Assembly: GCF_964355755.1 (NCBI RefSeq)
Contig: NC_092672.1
Coordinates: forward strand, 6,758,001-6,822,000
Direction of reading: 5' to 3'
DNA length: 64,000 nucleotides
Origin: Antedon mediterranea
Lineage: Eukaryota; Animalia; Echinodermata
Numbering within the stretch: position 1 is the first letter of the stretch; every line of letters begins with the position of its first letter. This document shows positions 13,523 to 60,337 of the stretch, one piece after another. A program made the translations under genes and the position numbers. The notes under the pieces are model-generated. The model was not told where the DNA came from and ran no database searches. It worked only from the letters and a program-made list of their open reading frames with translations.

Positions 13523-13669
13523 AGCTCTGTCTACGCTATCAAACTAGTTTGACTAAAAAAGTGTGATGTGCTCAAATATGGTGGTGGTGTGGAAAATATG
13601 GTAGTGATATGATATCATCATGTCCATATATGGGCACATCACATTTAGTTTGATAATGTAGACAGAGCT
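13523..13669. mobile_element. Harbinger/Tourist-like MITE family A (about 10 copies in window)
   Basis: TIR consensus AGCTCTGTCTACACTATCAAAC, TTA TSD. Other copies at about 15096-15224, 23150-23285, 27611-27753, 44469-44640, 49432-49584, 56870-56985, 57515-57703, 61625-61700, 62392-62504. Confidence 0.85.
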
Positions 13670-15292
13670 TTAAATTTGCAATCAATGACAAGTATAGCAT
13701 GTTGAGCAATAAGAAGCCGCTTGCGTTTTGTGAAATCATTTGACTGAGTTTGGCTAAAGGTCGACGAGTTTAATGAGCTTGATAAAAAAAAAAGATGATG
13801 ATGATTTCTGGAGCAGTAAACATAGGAAGACTTTGGCGCACTTACAGATGTGGTAATTTGAAAGGAGAAGTATGTAATTGGATTAATTCATGATTAAGTT
13901 GACTTTTGTAACATGTCTTTGTCGGCATTGATCGATTACTTGGTACTGCGTTAATTATAGTTACAACTTTGTCTACCAATTTACAGTACTACGCTAACGA
14001 GCGGTTTCCAAACAATTATAACAAATTGCTAAATGATAACAATAGATAATTGGCAAGTTATTCAAGTTTTTCTAAACATGAGGATGTCATACTTTACAGA
14101 CGAATTGTTTACGGAATTTGCATGCTTTGCTGGTAATCCATCACACTACGCTAATAACGTGGTGAAGGAATTTTCCTCCGGGCGGTTTTTGATATATTTA
14201 CATTGCCATAACAAATCTATATCATACTACCAATGTGCATGGTCATTCCGTCACCTGTTGAATAGGATTAAAATTGACATATTGACGCAGAGTGACAGAT
14301 GAATGTGTTTCAATGGCTTTAAACACCCCCTAGTGTAATGTTACGACTTTGTTGTAAAATCTTGCTGTTTTCGTTACTATAGATACCTACTTTACAGCTT
14401 GATTTAACCAATGATGATTGCGGTAATGTACGCAACATGATATTAAAAAAGATCTTGATACGGAACTCAATAGAGTGTTTCAAACATTTATCGGCATGTC
14501 TTTGATTTAACTTGTCACAATGATGATGATACATGATATATCACCAGGCTGTAGCACCCTCTACATAAAAAACATATGATTACATAACACTCAAGATTAA
14601 TCTACATGTATATCATATCATATCTAAAATGAATATCGAACTATGTTAATAGCTTGCCAATTAGGAATTCTTTTTTTTTTAAATTTTCAATGATATTACT
14701 TTACAATGCCAACATACTCCACAGATTTTCTAGCACTTAACATTTAATTCACCTTTTTGTAATCAATGCATTTGTGAAACTGTCATAATCTGGGTAAGAA
14801 TCATATTTCAAATCAGAAGCAACAAAAATATAATAAGAAAACCTATTCCTTTGAAAGTTATACAAAGCCCTGTACATCAACACACAACAACAACCTTTTT
14901 GGCAGTCATATGTTTCCTAATATTATTCATTTAAATATTAAAAAAAAAACTTTAATTATATTGTGTATAGATTATTTTTTAGCTTTTGATATCAAGGTTT
15001 TAGTTTGGGTTTATTTTTTTATGCCTATTATATATTTTTTATCATATTGTTATATGATAAATAAATTTGAATTGAATAATACCAATTTCTTTGTTTATCA
15101 AATTTGTTAACTTTATGTGACAAAAAAATGTGATGTGCCCATACATGATGATGTCATATCACTACCATAAATTTGGGAACACCAAACTTTTTTGTCAAAC
15201 TAGTTTGATAGTGTGGACAGAGCTTAAATAGAGGTAAAGGAGGGGTTCTACTTTATTTTTTTCTTGCAAAATAAAATATATTGCTTACGTAC

Positions 15293-46194
<30,902 letters not shown>

Positions 46195-46658
46195 GATTGT
46201 TTTGGAAACGTGCGCCGATTTGAATACCGCCCTCTATGGCGGAACAGTTTAAAACTTTTAAAAATATCTATAAACTTTTGCAACATTTATAACTCCACTT
46301 AACGTATAACAATATATAATTAAAACTCTATTTCCAATAAAGTATATACATTATATTTATTCATTTTTGTCATTTCTTTAATTTTCCTCACTTAATAGAA
46401 AAAAGATGATAAAGGGCCGGAATCTATTAGTACTTTATGTTGCCAAAGAAAAGAAAAATAGCATTGAATTAAAATATTATATTGTCTTGACAATTTAAAT
46501 TCAGTGTAGTAAGTTTAAAGTGTATGTGTAAAGTGAATCAAAATTACTATACAATTATTATAATAATAATCATAAAATAAGCAATGAGAAAATGTATAAC
46601 TTCTGGTGTCTCGAAGTGATAGAACAGTTAATAATAATAATTATTTTCGATAATACAG

Positions 46659-49600
46659 TTAATAATAGTTCTGCAACAATGTAATTAATACAATGAATGT
46701 TGCAAGAAAGACAATAACCATGAATAAAATTAACATCAATTTATCCATAACAGTTGCCAGGTTGATCCAAGTTTCAGTTATCTCATCCTCTTTCTTTCTC
46801 ATCTCAACCTCTTCGTTAAACTTCCTGATTTCTTCCATCATCTCCTTAAGCTCAACTGAATCTGACTGGTCACATGACTGAGTGTTTCTTAGGATTCTAG
46901 CGCTGACTGAACGATAGGGACTGACTGAGTCGTTTCTTTTCAAACTGGATACCGATGTGCCTGCTGAATGGTTACTGGGCTCATATACACCCAGAATTGA
47001 ACCTAGGCCTTTTATTATGATTCTTTGTATCGTTTCATTAACAGGTTTCTTGTGACGTCCGTAGTGAATCTTCAATATGACTGAGGTGGATACGACAGAA
47101 ACACATCCAAGAGAGATTATCAATGTAAAGAAGCTTGCTATAATAATGCAATGAATCAGAAGACTATAATTAATATAGGTCTATGACATCAATGGGATGC
47201 ATTTTACTGAATACAATACAAGTATCACAACAACCCATATACAACTGGCATTTATTCTGGAATGCTTGGTTCCCACTAGAACGCAACGCAATGACGTAAA
47301 CGCAACGCAAGCGTTTTAACCAATGAAAAGCGAAGTTATAAACAGTTAGCAATCACAAGCGAATAAGCCATCGCTTGTGATTGGTCAATTCACATGCGTT
47401 GCGTTACGTCCTTGCGTTGCGTCGCTAGATAGTGGGAACCACGCTTTAGAACGCAACGAAATGACGTCAGTGCACTGCAAGTCATTTTACCAATCACAAG
47501 TGATGGATTATTCGAACTTTTGTTGGTCAAAGTTCGCTTGAGTTGTGCTTACATCCTTGCGTTGTGAGAATTAGTGGAAACCAAGCTTAAGCCAATTGCA
47601 TAAACTGCTGATGAAGACATGCAGTGCATCCAAAGCTAATTACTCCAAACGTAGACATAGTCAACCCTTTCATCAGATTAATTTTCCTTAGAATCACACA
47701 GGTTCATGCAGTAAAATATTTTATTTTTGAAAGCGTAATATCCAAATGTGTATTCGGGTACTTACATAGAATAGATTAATTTACTTACCAAGATAAGGAG
47801 TGTCATCAGAAGGTGGTAATGCTTCCGCAATCAACTGTTGAAACAAGACAATCGCCAATAGATTTGTAATAGAAAAAGAAATCTTCTCACCACATTCTGC
47901 CGGGAGATAGAAGACGAATGCTGCTAAAAATGAAAGCAAAATGCAAGGGGCTAGAATATTGCCAATGTATGACGTGTAGCGTCTGGACAAACCAATCGTC
48001 ATGGTGACGTCAGAAAAGTTATCTGGACAGCAGTCATACTTAACAATGTTCTTTTTAAAAGATACATCATCTAGATCCCAGACACCATTCTCATTAAAAG
48101 ACGTCTGCCTTGCTGCTTCGCCCGTGACGGATTCAATGTCAATATGATGGCTGGCATATGTCCAAGATCCAAACTTGAAGTCACAGACTTGCTTGTCAAA
48201 TGGAAAGTATCTAACGTCCATCTTACAGAAGGCCGCATAGATTGTTGGACTCGCCAAAGAAACTGTTCCATCAGACGTGATCGATAAAGGAATGCTGTCC
48301 TTCATGTGCTCAAAATCTGTATCCACACTACAAAAACAAATTGTCTTTAATCAAAGATATTGAATAATTGTTGTATTAATTTTAAATTGACTCTAAAACT
48401 GTAACATCACTCAGATCATATTATCTTTAGTAACAAGACGAATGAGTCGAAGTAGGTTTATACGGAACTTTTATGCACAATAGAGATTGACATAGGATTC
48501 AGGATACACATTCTTGTTCCCGATTCAGTGCTCCACATACGATGATATTTGTCCAGTAAAAAGGCAAATTCGGTAAATACAGCAACCCATGTGTGTCACA
48601 TGTATTTTGAAAGGTTGGGTTAAGAGCTAGAGGCATTAAATGTTATACATAATGTGATATGATGTTGTATCACAAAATTGCCTATGATACGTTGAAAAAT
48701 GTATATACAATACCGAGAATCAGACATTCTTGAGAGTCTTCTGTTGACTTTAAACCGAAACATACCATATACGTACTTGTTATACAATGTTATGTCTGGA
48801 ATCCATATAGCTGTTTTATCAACTTTTATCGTATCCAATCCACCATAATCAGAAGCGTTCCATACCATCAGGTGATCCGTCCAAGTCTTGATCGATACAA
48901 ATAGAAAATAATACATAAATTCTTGTTATTCAAGTGAGATATTTTAAATTAAACTTTGATTGCACTTTAACGTGGATATACGCCAGTGTGAACGTAGGCT
49001 CACTTACCATTCCCATCATTCCGTTGACAACTATAAACTGTTCCCGTTCATCCTGAAAAGAAAAGCAATATCATATATATATATTATAATTGTTGAAAAC
49101 ATGATGATAATGATAATAATAATGATGTTGATAATGATGAGAGGCTCAAAGTTTGTTTGTTTAGCTCATATGTGCAAATTATGTGTAAAATTTATTAATT
49201 ATCGAAAAGGGTCGAAGTCTTAATTAAGGCTTACATAATAAGATTTCTAAAGTAGGCTATGATTTTATCAAACGTGACATTTTAGGGTTAACAAGAGATC
49301 TCGTTTTCTTCCTTTTATTGGACGTGTTGACAAAGAGTATAATGTACAGTACTATTATTTTAGTTCTATGACGTAGTCCCTATATTTTTGCTAAATGATA
49401 TAACTCCGGCTTGTATACTTCTATACATGTTGTCTACACTATAAAACTTTATGTGTCAAAAAATGTGATGTGCCCATATAAGGACATGATGATGTCATAT
49501 CACTACCATATTTAAGCACATCACTAACATTATGTGTACATCAATTTCTTTTACACATAACGTTTGATAGTGTAGACAAGGCTTAACAACAATCGGAGTT

Positions 49601-52600
49601 GTAACATAATTATTAAATTATTTTCAGAATGGATATCTGCCACTGCTAATAACATAATCAAATAGGTAGGCCTTCAAAGATCTTAATAACGATGGTTACA
49701 ATTTCACTTACCACTTCAGTGACTTGAGTTACCGAATAACGGTACGTTATAAGCACAGTATCGGAGTCGTCCAAGACAGGCCTAGCCGATGGCTGAGTGT
49801 AGTTTTTCAACAAGTTATCTATAAGTCTTTGTTCATTGTTGGCTCCTTCTGCACAAACTGAAAAAATGTAAACGATAAATACGAATTGTTTCATTGTTTT
49901 TTTTTAAACAATCAAACACGTTTTGCATCACACGACAAGCTATGCGTTATTACTGAAAACATAGTAGATATGTCTATGTTTAAAAGCAAAAACCTTTTAT
50001 TTATTCATCAATGTACATAAGCTAAAATGTATTGCTAAAAGAACTCATTAATATTTGTATTATTTAAACAACCATATTAGAGTCAGCACCGCAGCCGCTT
50101 ACTACAAACGAAGAAACTTCCAAAACCCGTTTGTTTGATTGAATCTAAAATTTTAAACTAATATAAATAAAGATTAATCATAATTAATGTAATAATATTG
50201 TTGTATTTAAATACTACAAATGAAGAAACTTCCAAAGCTCATTTGATTGATTAATCTATTATCATTAATACCGCTAACTTATAAAAAGAACTACATTTGA
50301 ATTCAACAAGACAATAACATTTAATTCATCAGTCCAGCGTTGTCGCTTACTACAAACGAAGACACTTTAAAAAAACAGCATTCATTCAATTTGTTGATTG
50401 AATCCAAATTCTTGAAATAATATAAAAAAAGAACTCATTAATGTAATAATATTTGTATTTGAATTCAACAATAATATTAATTTCAGCATTCCAGCTTTTT
50501 CGTCTACTACAAAACTCATTTGTTTGATTGAATTTGAAATCTTGAATAAATAACAATAATAATGTAAACCAGTGCCATAATTCTCAAAAATATCTAATAA
50601 CTGAAATTAATAATTGCGAGAGAAAATTAATGGAATTTTCATCAAATAAAAATTAAATCGATCTAATTATAATTTAAGTAAAAAAACAAATCGAGTTAAC
50701 AAGTATCTGTAGCAACGCCAATACTCGAACGAAGAACTTGCGTAATTATTGATGTTTCGGTCTATATACTTTGATCTTAACATGTGTATTTTATAACGTA
50801 AATATCAGATTATCATAATGTAGGAGTACTGAATTGGTGTTTCAGCGAGCAGGTTAATTGGAAATGCATAATCTTATACCGATTCACTGGAGGTTAATGG
50901 GAAATGCATAATCTTATACCGATTCACTGGACCTGAATGAAAATGATACTAATACCATTATTGTAACATTATGTTATGATAACACATAAGAAGAATAAGA
51001 ATAATGAAAAGCGAGAACAGAATGTTAATTTGTATATATAAATATTTATTGATGGATTCAAACATGTACTACAAATGGAGAGAGGCATTATATACCAATA
51101 GATAAAAGTTTTGGTCCTCTCTCCTTCATCTTTTTTTTGTAATATATTATACCATATGGACAATTGTCTGAAATAAAAGTTGAATTAAATTGAATTGAAC
51201 ATAATTTCCTTACTATGTTTGTCACCTTTTTTTTAAATACTTTTAATTTAAATAATATAACAAATGTAATATATTTCTGCAGTAATGCAACATTCCGGAC
51301 AAACAATACAGTAGTTACATAACTGTACGTTTAGTCAATATACTTTTGTACATGTTTATACATATTTTTTATTAAAAATTATAACGTAAATCTTTCATTA
51401 TTATAATGTATCCAGTACGTGTTTTTGGAAGAGCAGGTCGTTGAGCTAAAGTTTTTTTATATTTTTATTTCGTACTCTTTTCAATAATAAATATATTGTT
51501 GGTAGTTTACAAGTATATAAAAATCAACATAACAAGGCCATATACATGGCTGCAGTCGCGTGCTCAAGTTAGTGTTTACCGAACAATCGACCGACCGACC
51601 AACCAACCGACCAACCGACCGACTTGGTGAGCTGAAGAATAAATGTTAATTTTTTTTAGCAGAAAAACATTGCTATAAATAAAACCTGACGTATTTTTTA
51701 AATAAACGTACATAAATAGTCTACCAGTACAAACAAGGCATGCCTTGGCAGGTACAAATAAAAATACCGGTACCAACTATCTATTTCAATTTTTTTTCTA
51801 AAAATCTCACATACAACAGCGGGATAGGGATCCCGTCGTCAATAATTGAATAATGACATCGTACCTCAACAATCAACATTTGTTTTTTTTTAATAATTTT
51901 TTTTTATTTAGTATATTACACTGAGGAGCCTTACAAGATGGATCCACCTTAGCTTCAGGGCGACTCAGATTAATCAAATCTTCTAAAATTAACAAGAAAC
52001 AGTTGTTGTTGTACATCCGCTTTTTAATTATTAATTCATATTGTAATATTTCTAAAGGAAAGGTTCTTATTGAAGATAGGTACAAGATTCACGTGTTTTC
52101 CATATTTATATCGGTATCATAGTATAGAACATTGTTGGAAGTTATAATCTCTTTATTGTTAAATGTAAACAAAGATGTAATTATTTACTTAACTTATTTA
52201 ACAAAAAAGCTTGTCCAGATTTAGCCTATAAATATCGGTAGTACTGTACTGTTGTTCCATGATTTTCCACACTAAATTTAATACAAGCTTTCATTTCTCA
52301 TACCATCGTCACTAATTTATTAATTTGTATCGCATTGAATACTATTAATATTCATAACTAATCTAATATCGAATAAATGTTTAGGTCAGTGACGCATTAT
52401 TTTATCTGTAACAATTATGCATTAAATTATAATATATCAAATACATTTATTCCAACAACAATTTCCAATAAAGAACCTTGATAATATTTGAACTTAAAAA
52501 TCTAATGCTTAGTCTTCCAGCCCTTGGTTTATTTCCCGTCCTATATGTAGTTGGCGTGACAGGGCCTATCGATATTATTAGGCCACATAGAAATATTGTC

Positions 52601-52650
52601 TTACCTGAGGTTACAAACAACACTGCAGACATCCACGTTTGAATATGCAT
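46659..52650 (-). CDS. Nicotinic acetylcholine receptor alpha subunit, alpha9/10-like (454 aa)
   Basis: Exons 52650-52605 (signal peptide, least certain), 49857-49712, 49052-49008, 48886-48777, 48327-47789, 47137-46659 total 1365 nt. Has WIPDITLYN, Cys loop CKMDVRYFPFDKQVC, WTY, vicinal cysteines YDCC, GEK before M2 and four TM helices. Confidence 0.92.
47264..47587. mobile_element. MITE family B, full copy plus adjacent partial copy, in nAChR intron 5
   Basis: Reverse complement of 30310-30488, followed by a diverged second unit ending GTGGAAACCAAGCT. Confidence 0.8.
50040..50545. repeat. Degenerate tandem repeat
   Basis: Four recurrences of TACTACAAA...TTTG(T/A)TTGATT-like blocks at roughly 115-160 bp spacing. 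Confidence 0.55.
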
Positions 52651-54637
52651 CACGAAAAAAAACTCGTCTCGTTCTTTTCAAAGAGGCCTTAGCACAGAAT
52701 GATTTCTTAGATATGACGTTTAATCATGAACTATACCAAGTAGCACGTTTCGCCAATTAATGTGAAAGAATGATAACTATACTAGACTACATAAAGCACA
52801 TAGCACGAAGAATATAACTGCAGCGTTGTTTGTTGACTTAGTACTGCGATAATATTTCTAGCGGTACTTGGTATGGATATTACTATAATAGTATGAATAA
52901 TACATTGATTGACATTGTGTCAACCTATCACTAGTTTTTGCTTGATGTTGACCTATTTTACGTATATTTTCTTATTAAGGTTAAAAGTATTAACGCAGCT
53001 CTTAATTTTAATTGGTGATATTAATTTAAAAAAATCAAACTTTTATAAAACAACATCTACATAATCGTATGTACTTAATAAAACATCTACATAACCGTAT
53101 GTATTTAACAAAACATATAGGCCTAACCGTATTACTCGAATAATTTACTAACCTAATATTCTCTAACTTGGGAAGAAATTATGTTTTATGTTTAATACTA
53201 CAATAGCAGAAAATATAATTGATTATGTTTGTTAATCCATAATATTAACAAAAAAGAACAGTACAGACTGTTCTTGAAAATGATTTTATGGTATCATTTT
53301 ATCGATTTTACACAATGCTTTTCATAATTAAACGTGTACAATTTGAAATTTACATTATTACCAAGCTGTCTGAATGTCCTCTGGCATTGTAGATATAGAC
53401 AACCGCATTTTAGCTTGCTTAAAGCCTGTCCATACTATAGAATATAACGAACGATAACTATATTTTTCTACAGAACACAAAATGCTAGATAATAATATAA
53501 CCATTTTGTAGGCTTACTGTCGATGAAAACAATATTTACAAATCCGATCAAATGACGTTATGACCAGTAACAACAATGTATTCGTTGTATATCGAACTTA
53601 ATTTTGTATAAAATGTACATTTTCTATTTACAGTATCATCGTTCATCGTCATGGAATAATCAATCAATCAATTTCTATAATCCCCATTATTTATATAATT
53701 TTCTAAAAAAAAAGCTATTAGTAGAATTGAAAATACTTTATTTGAAAAAACACATGTGGTTGTAAGATTTGTTTTATTATTGAGAAAGCACGGTTTGATA
53801 TTGTCAGCCATAATGTACATTATGGTGAATATTTTGGAGACAATAAAAGATCAATATCGACAATATGCAAGTCCTTGTTTATTCTATATAATTCGCTATC
53901 ATTTTCATAATTATAGAAAAGGATACAACATTTTTTTAGAGTAAAATATACTGTCCGTTTTACAAAACAAAAATAGGCATTACACAATGAGTTTTGTTCG
54001 GAATTATGAGTTTCTTATTTAAACTAGGTTTAATGTGCAGAAACTGCTTTATTTAAAAAATAAATGAACGGTATGAGCCAAAAAAACTTGTAGTTATAGC
54101 TTTTATAATGTCCATTTTTTTTTCGAGAAGTACACATGTAAAATATAAACACAAAACAAAAAAACAAATTTAAAAAACTGCTAAAATATCAATTTTATAC
54201 AAATAACCTAAATTTCACTCTGACATTTTATTTTTATTTTATTCAAACTCATTCAAATATTTAAATGTATTTTTGAATATGTCTTTTTTGTTGTTTAAAG
54301 TTGAAAAAAATGTTATCGATTTTAGACAATTGTTAATCTTATCCCGTGCGAATGTGAAGTTATGAATCGTTTAAGGTTTGCGTCGTTAGCAAACCGTTTC
54401 AATACATTTCAGCTATTCAACATAACCCTGTTAAAACTATTGATTTTGCTTTTTAAATAATAAATTGGAAATAATGATCGTACGAATATAAAAAATATGT
54501 TGTATGTTTATCGATTTTAGAAATGATATTATAATATATATAATATCCAACAAAATAATAATAAAAAGAATGACATTTAAATAGTAAAAATGGTAATAGT
54601 TAGATATTTTCTTTATCATTGATACTGATATGAACTA

Positions 54638-55025
54638 CCGTAAATCTTCTAATAGTAATCTACCTTATACGTCAATCTATAATATTAACCCACTACTCTA
54701 ATAGTCCCCCATGGGGGTTACTATTAGTAACAGAAACTTATGATGCAGCTGTATTTTGAAAATAGATAATGCATGTTAATCTCGGGAGTGGGGGAGGATT
54801 GAGTGTTTTTGAGTTTATAAAAATAAAGTTAGAGTTCAACCAAATTTGTTTATTCGTACTGCTTTATCATTTTGCTATGAGTTGCTGACCGGAAAAGTTT
54901 GGGGTAGGGTTACTATTTTCAGGTGCCTAATTTAAGATTAGTTACCGTAACTCACTACTCTAATAGTAACCCACCCTAAAAAACAGTCAAAGAATAATAA
55001 TTACAATGTAACAATAGATTTACGG
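54638..55025. mobile_element. Tc1/mariner (pogo/Tc2-like) MITE
   Basis: TA|CCGTAAATCT ... AGATTTACGG|TA termini; internal CTAATAGTAA repeats. Confidence 0.65.
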
Positions 55026-55324
55026 TAGTTGGTATTCAGTTGAAAAAATAAATTATTAATAATGGTCGAAAATAATTTATTTATAATTTTTTTTTCATGA
55101 TTGTTGAAATGCTTTTGAAAAGTTGTTCTACTTTATTTAGCTTTTGTCTAATAATGTTTTTCCCCTTTGGTTTTCACTTTAACATTTTTAATTTTGTAGC
55201 CACGATCGAACTTATGTTATATTTTGCCAATACTACTGTATTTTTAAATATATAACTTTGTATTTAAGCTTTCTCTTATTCTGTGAAATATTGTGGTGTG
55301 CGAAAAAAAAAACAAACCTAATGC

Positions 55325-56364
55325 CAGGGATGTCACCACGCTGGTCGGCCCCGACCAGCACTCAACATTTCCGACCAGGATTTACAGGCTGCCGACCACC
55401 ACTATTTATTTATTAATCATTTTACGATATTTATATTAGGCCTGGCCTAACTAAAATTCGTACTAAAACATTTTACCTAGCACATCGTTAATAACAGACA
55501 AGCTAGCCTCATATAGATAAGACAAAAGACTACAGAACAGCAAATGTTTCCGTGGTTACGTACGTTAATTTATTTGTAACACAATACCAGGCCTACTCTG
55601 CCCTGGTATTCATTGTTACAGCTTGTGAGTCATGGCGAACAACGTGCTACACAGCACAGTGTACAAGTTTAAAGTTCACATAGCGACCATTCAAGCGTTT
55701 TATTTTGCACAGATTAAAAATACAAACAAGTACGCAGTAATTAAAAATGTACAACTACATACATAGACCTAAACAAAATCATTTTTAATTGCTGAATGTT
55801 TTGTCACCCTGCTTTAATTATATTATGTTACTAGTTTTACATTTTTGTACTCTACGAACTATTAAAAAAAATAAAAAAACATGCGCATGGTTCAGTGAGA
55901 CCGGGCAAGTTCGTTCGGTTATGATCGCCGAGCATGGTACAATAATTACACGTCCCTGGGATAACTTCAGGTTGCTGAACTTCAGTTCTAAAAAACTCTC
56001 GCGCAAAAGAACACGAACATTATATCGAGCAACTAAGGTCTAGGCTAATAATTTATCTACAGTATTTGATTAGGGATTAGGCCTAAATAAGGAAGCGCCT
56101 GTTTTTGTGGAATTCAGATTTTGGGGCATCTATCTAAGCCTTGGCTAGGCCTAGTGGTCGTAGTGTCTACAAGGCTAGGCCTAGGCCTAAGCCTGACGCG
56201 ATCTATTGCTATTCATTTCGTAAGCGTTTTTTTGTTTTCGCGAATAATAACGGCGACTCCCCGGTGGTACAAGGTTAGGCCTAGACCTGACGCAATTTGT
56301 TGTTATTTATTTTCATAATTCTTTATGTTTCGACCGGCACTCCAAAAAGCTGGTGACATCCCTG
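55325..56364. mobile_element. hAT-like non-autonomous element
   Basis: TIR CAGGGATGTCACCA/TGGTGACATCCCTG, CGACC subterminal repeats, flanking direct repeat TAATGC. Confidence 0.8.
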
Positions 56365-56574
56365 TAATGCTATTCCATTCAAGAATCTGTTTGGAGAAAA
56401 TATGGTCACTTTTGTACGAATGTGTATATTGTATGGTTTTGAACTATAATAAAAATTAAATGCACTGAAGGAAAAACTGAATTTAACAATCTTTATTTCA
56501 AACGTTTTGTAAATGTTGCATTAAATTCACAAAATGGTATTCCTATTTTTGATTGGTTGGTGTTGATAGATTAG

Positions 56575-56780
56575 GGGATCGTGTCAACAATAGTTTACTG
56601 CAGTTACTGCAGCAACTACATTTTGGTTAGGTCTACTTCTTTAACATGTTTATTCAATAACTTGTTTCTGGTAATCGTTTACAGTTTATTGTAGTGGTAC
56701 ATAATAAACTGCATTGAAACAAACTATTATTATTGCAGTAAATAAATGTAATTACTGCAGTAATTTCCACTGTAGAACAC
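56575..56780. repeat. Dispersed CTGCAG-rich repeat family
   Basis: TACTGCAGTTACTGCAG...ACTACATTTTGGTT shared with about 9900-10125, and inverted at about 28990-29165. Confidence 0.6.
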
Positions 56781-57339
56781 TGTACTATACAACAATGTTA
56801 AATACATTACAGTATGTCAAAACTTTCTTAGCATCTGAGAAATTGTTATTTAAAACAACCAATAATCTAAACTCTGCCTACACGATCAAACTTTATGTGA
56901 TGTTACCATATTTGAGCATATCACTACCATACTTGGGCATATCACACTTTTTTTGTCAAACTAATTTGATAGTGTAGACAGAGCTTAAGATCGTAAAGCA
57001 GTTATGAGATGCACGTTTCGTGTAGAAGGTTAAAGAAATTATGGCTGTAATTTTTCACAAATTTGTTAATTTTATGGCATACAATTTGTCGGAATATGAG
57101 AAATATAGCACCAAAACATCAATTTATTTTTCCATTTCAATTGTTATCCTTTAAAGTAAATTTGAAAAGGAATTTATGAATTTGTTTTATTTCAAAATAG
57201 GTTTAAAACATAATTCTAAAAATAAAGAATTTTGTCAAAATCCAGCCAACATCGCTAATAAGAGTTCTATAATCGGATTCACTGCAACATTGTTTTATTT
57301 TATATACAGATTAGCATTATTATCAATTATTATTAATAA

Positions 57340-60124
<2,785 letters not shown>

Positions 60125-60337
60125 TTTGAATAAGATGTTGCTGCCCTCTGTAGTTTTTCTCCTCCATAAACTCTGAACTAGACTGCGACCTTTGTTCCTG
60201 GCCTTCCGCTTGCATTTTTACAACTCGCGCGAAATTTGGTCTTTAACCATTTTTAGGAACTGAGCGAGTGTTAGGTTTTGTTTGTAACATTTTAAATTCA
60301 TTAATTATAGTATTTTTGTGTATATCTTCCAATCAAA
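60125..60337. promoter_or_regulatory. Probable bidirectional promoter NDUFS8/DCTPP1
   Basis: 213 bp between divergent ATGs; locally CpG-containing; YY1-like AAAATGGCG at the NDUFS8 start and E2F-like TTTCGCGC on the minus strand. Confidence 0.65.
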
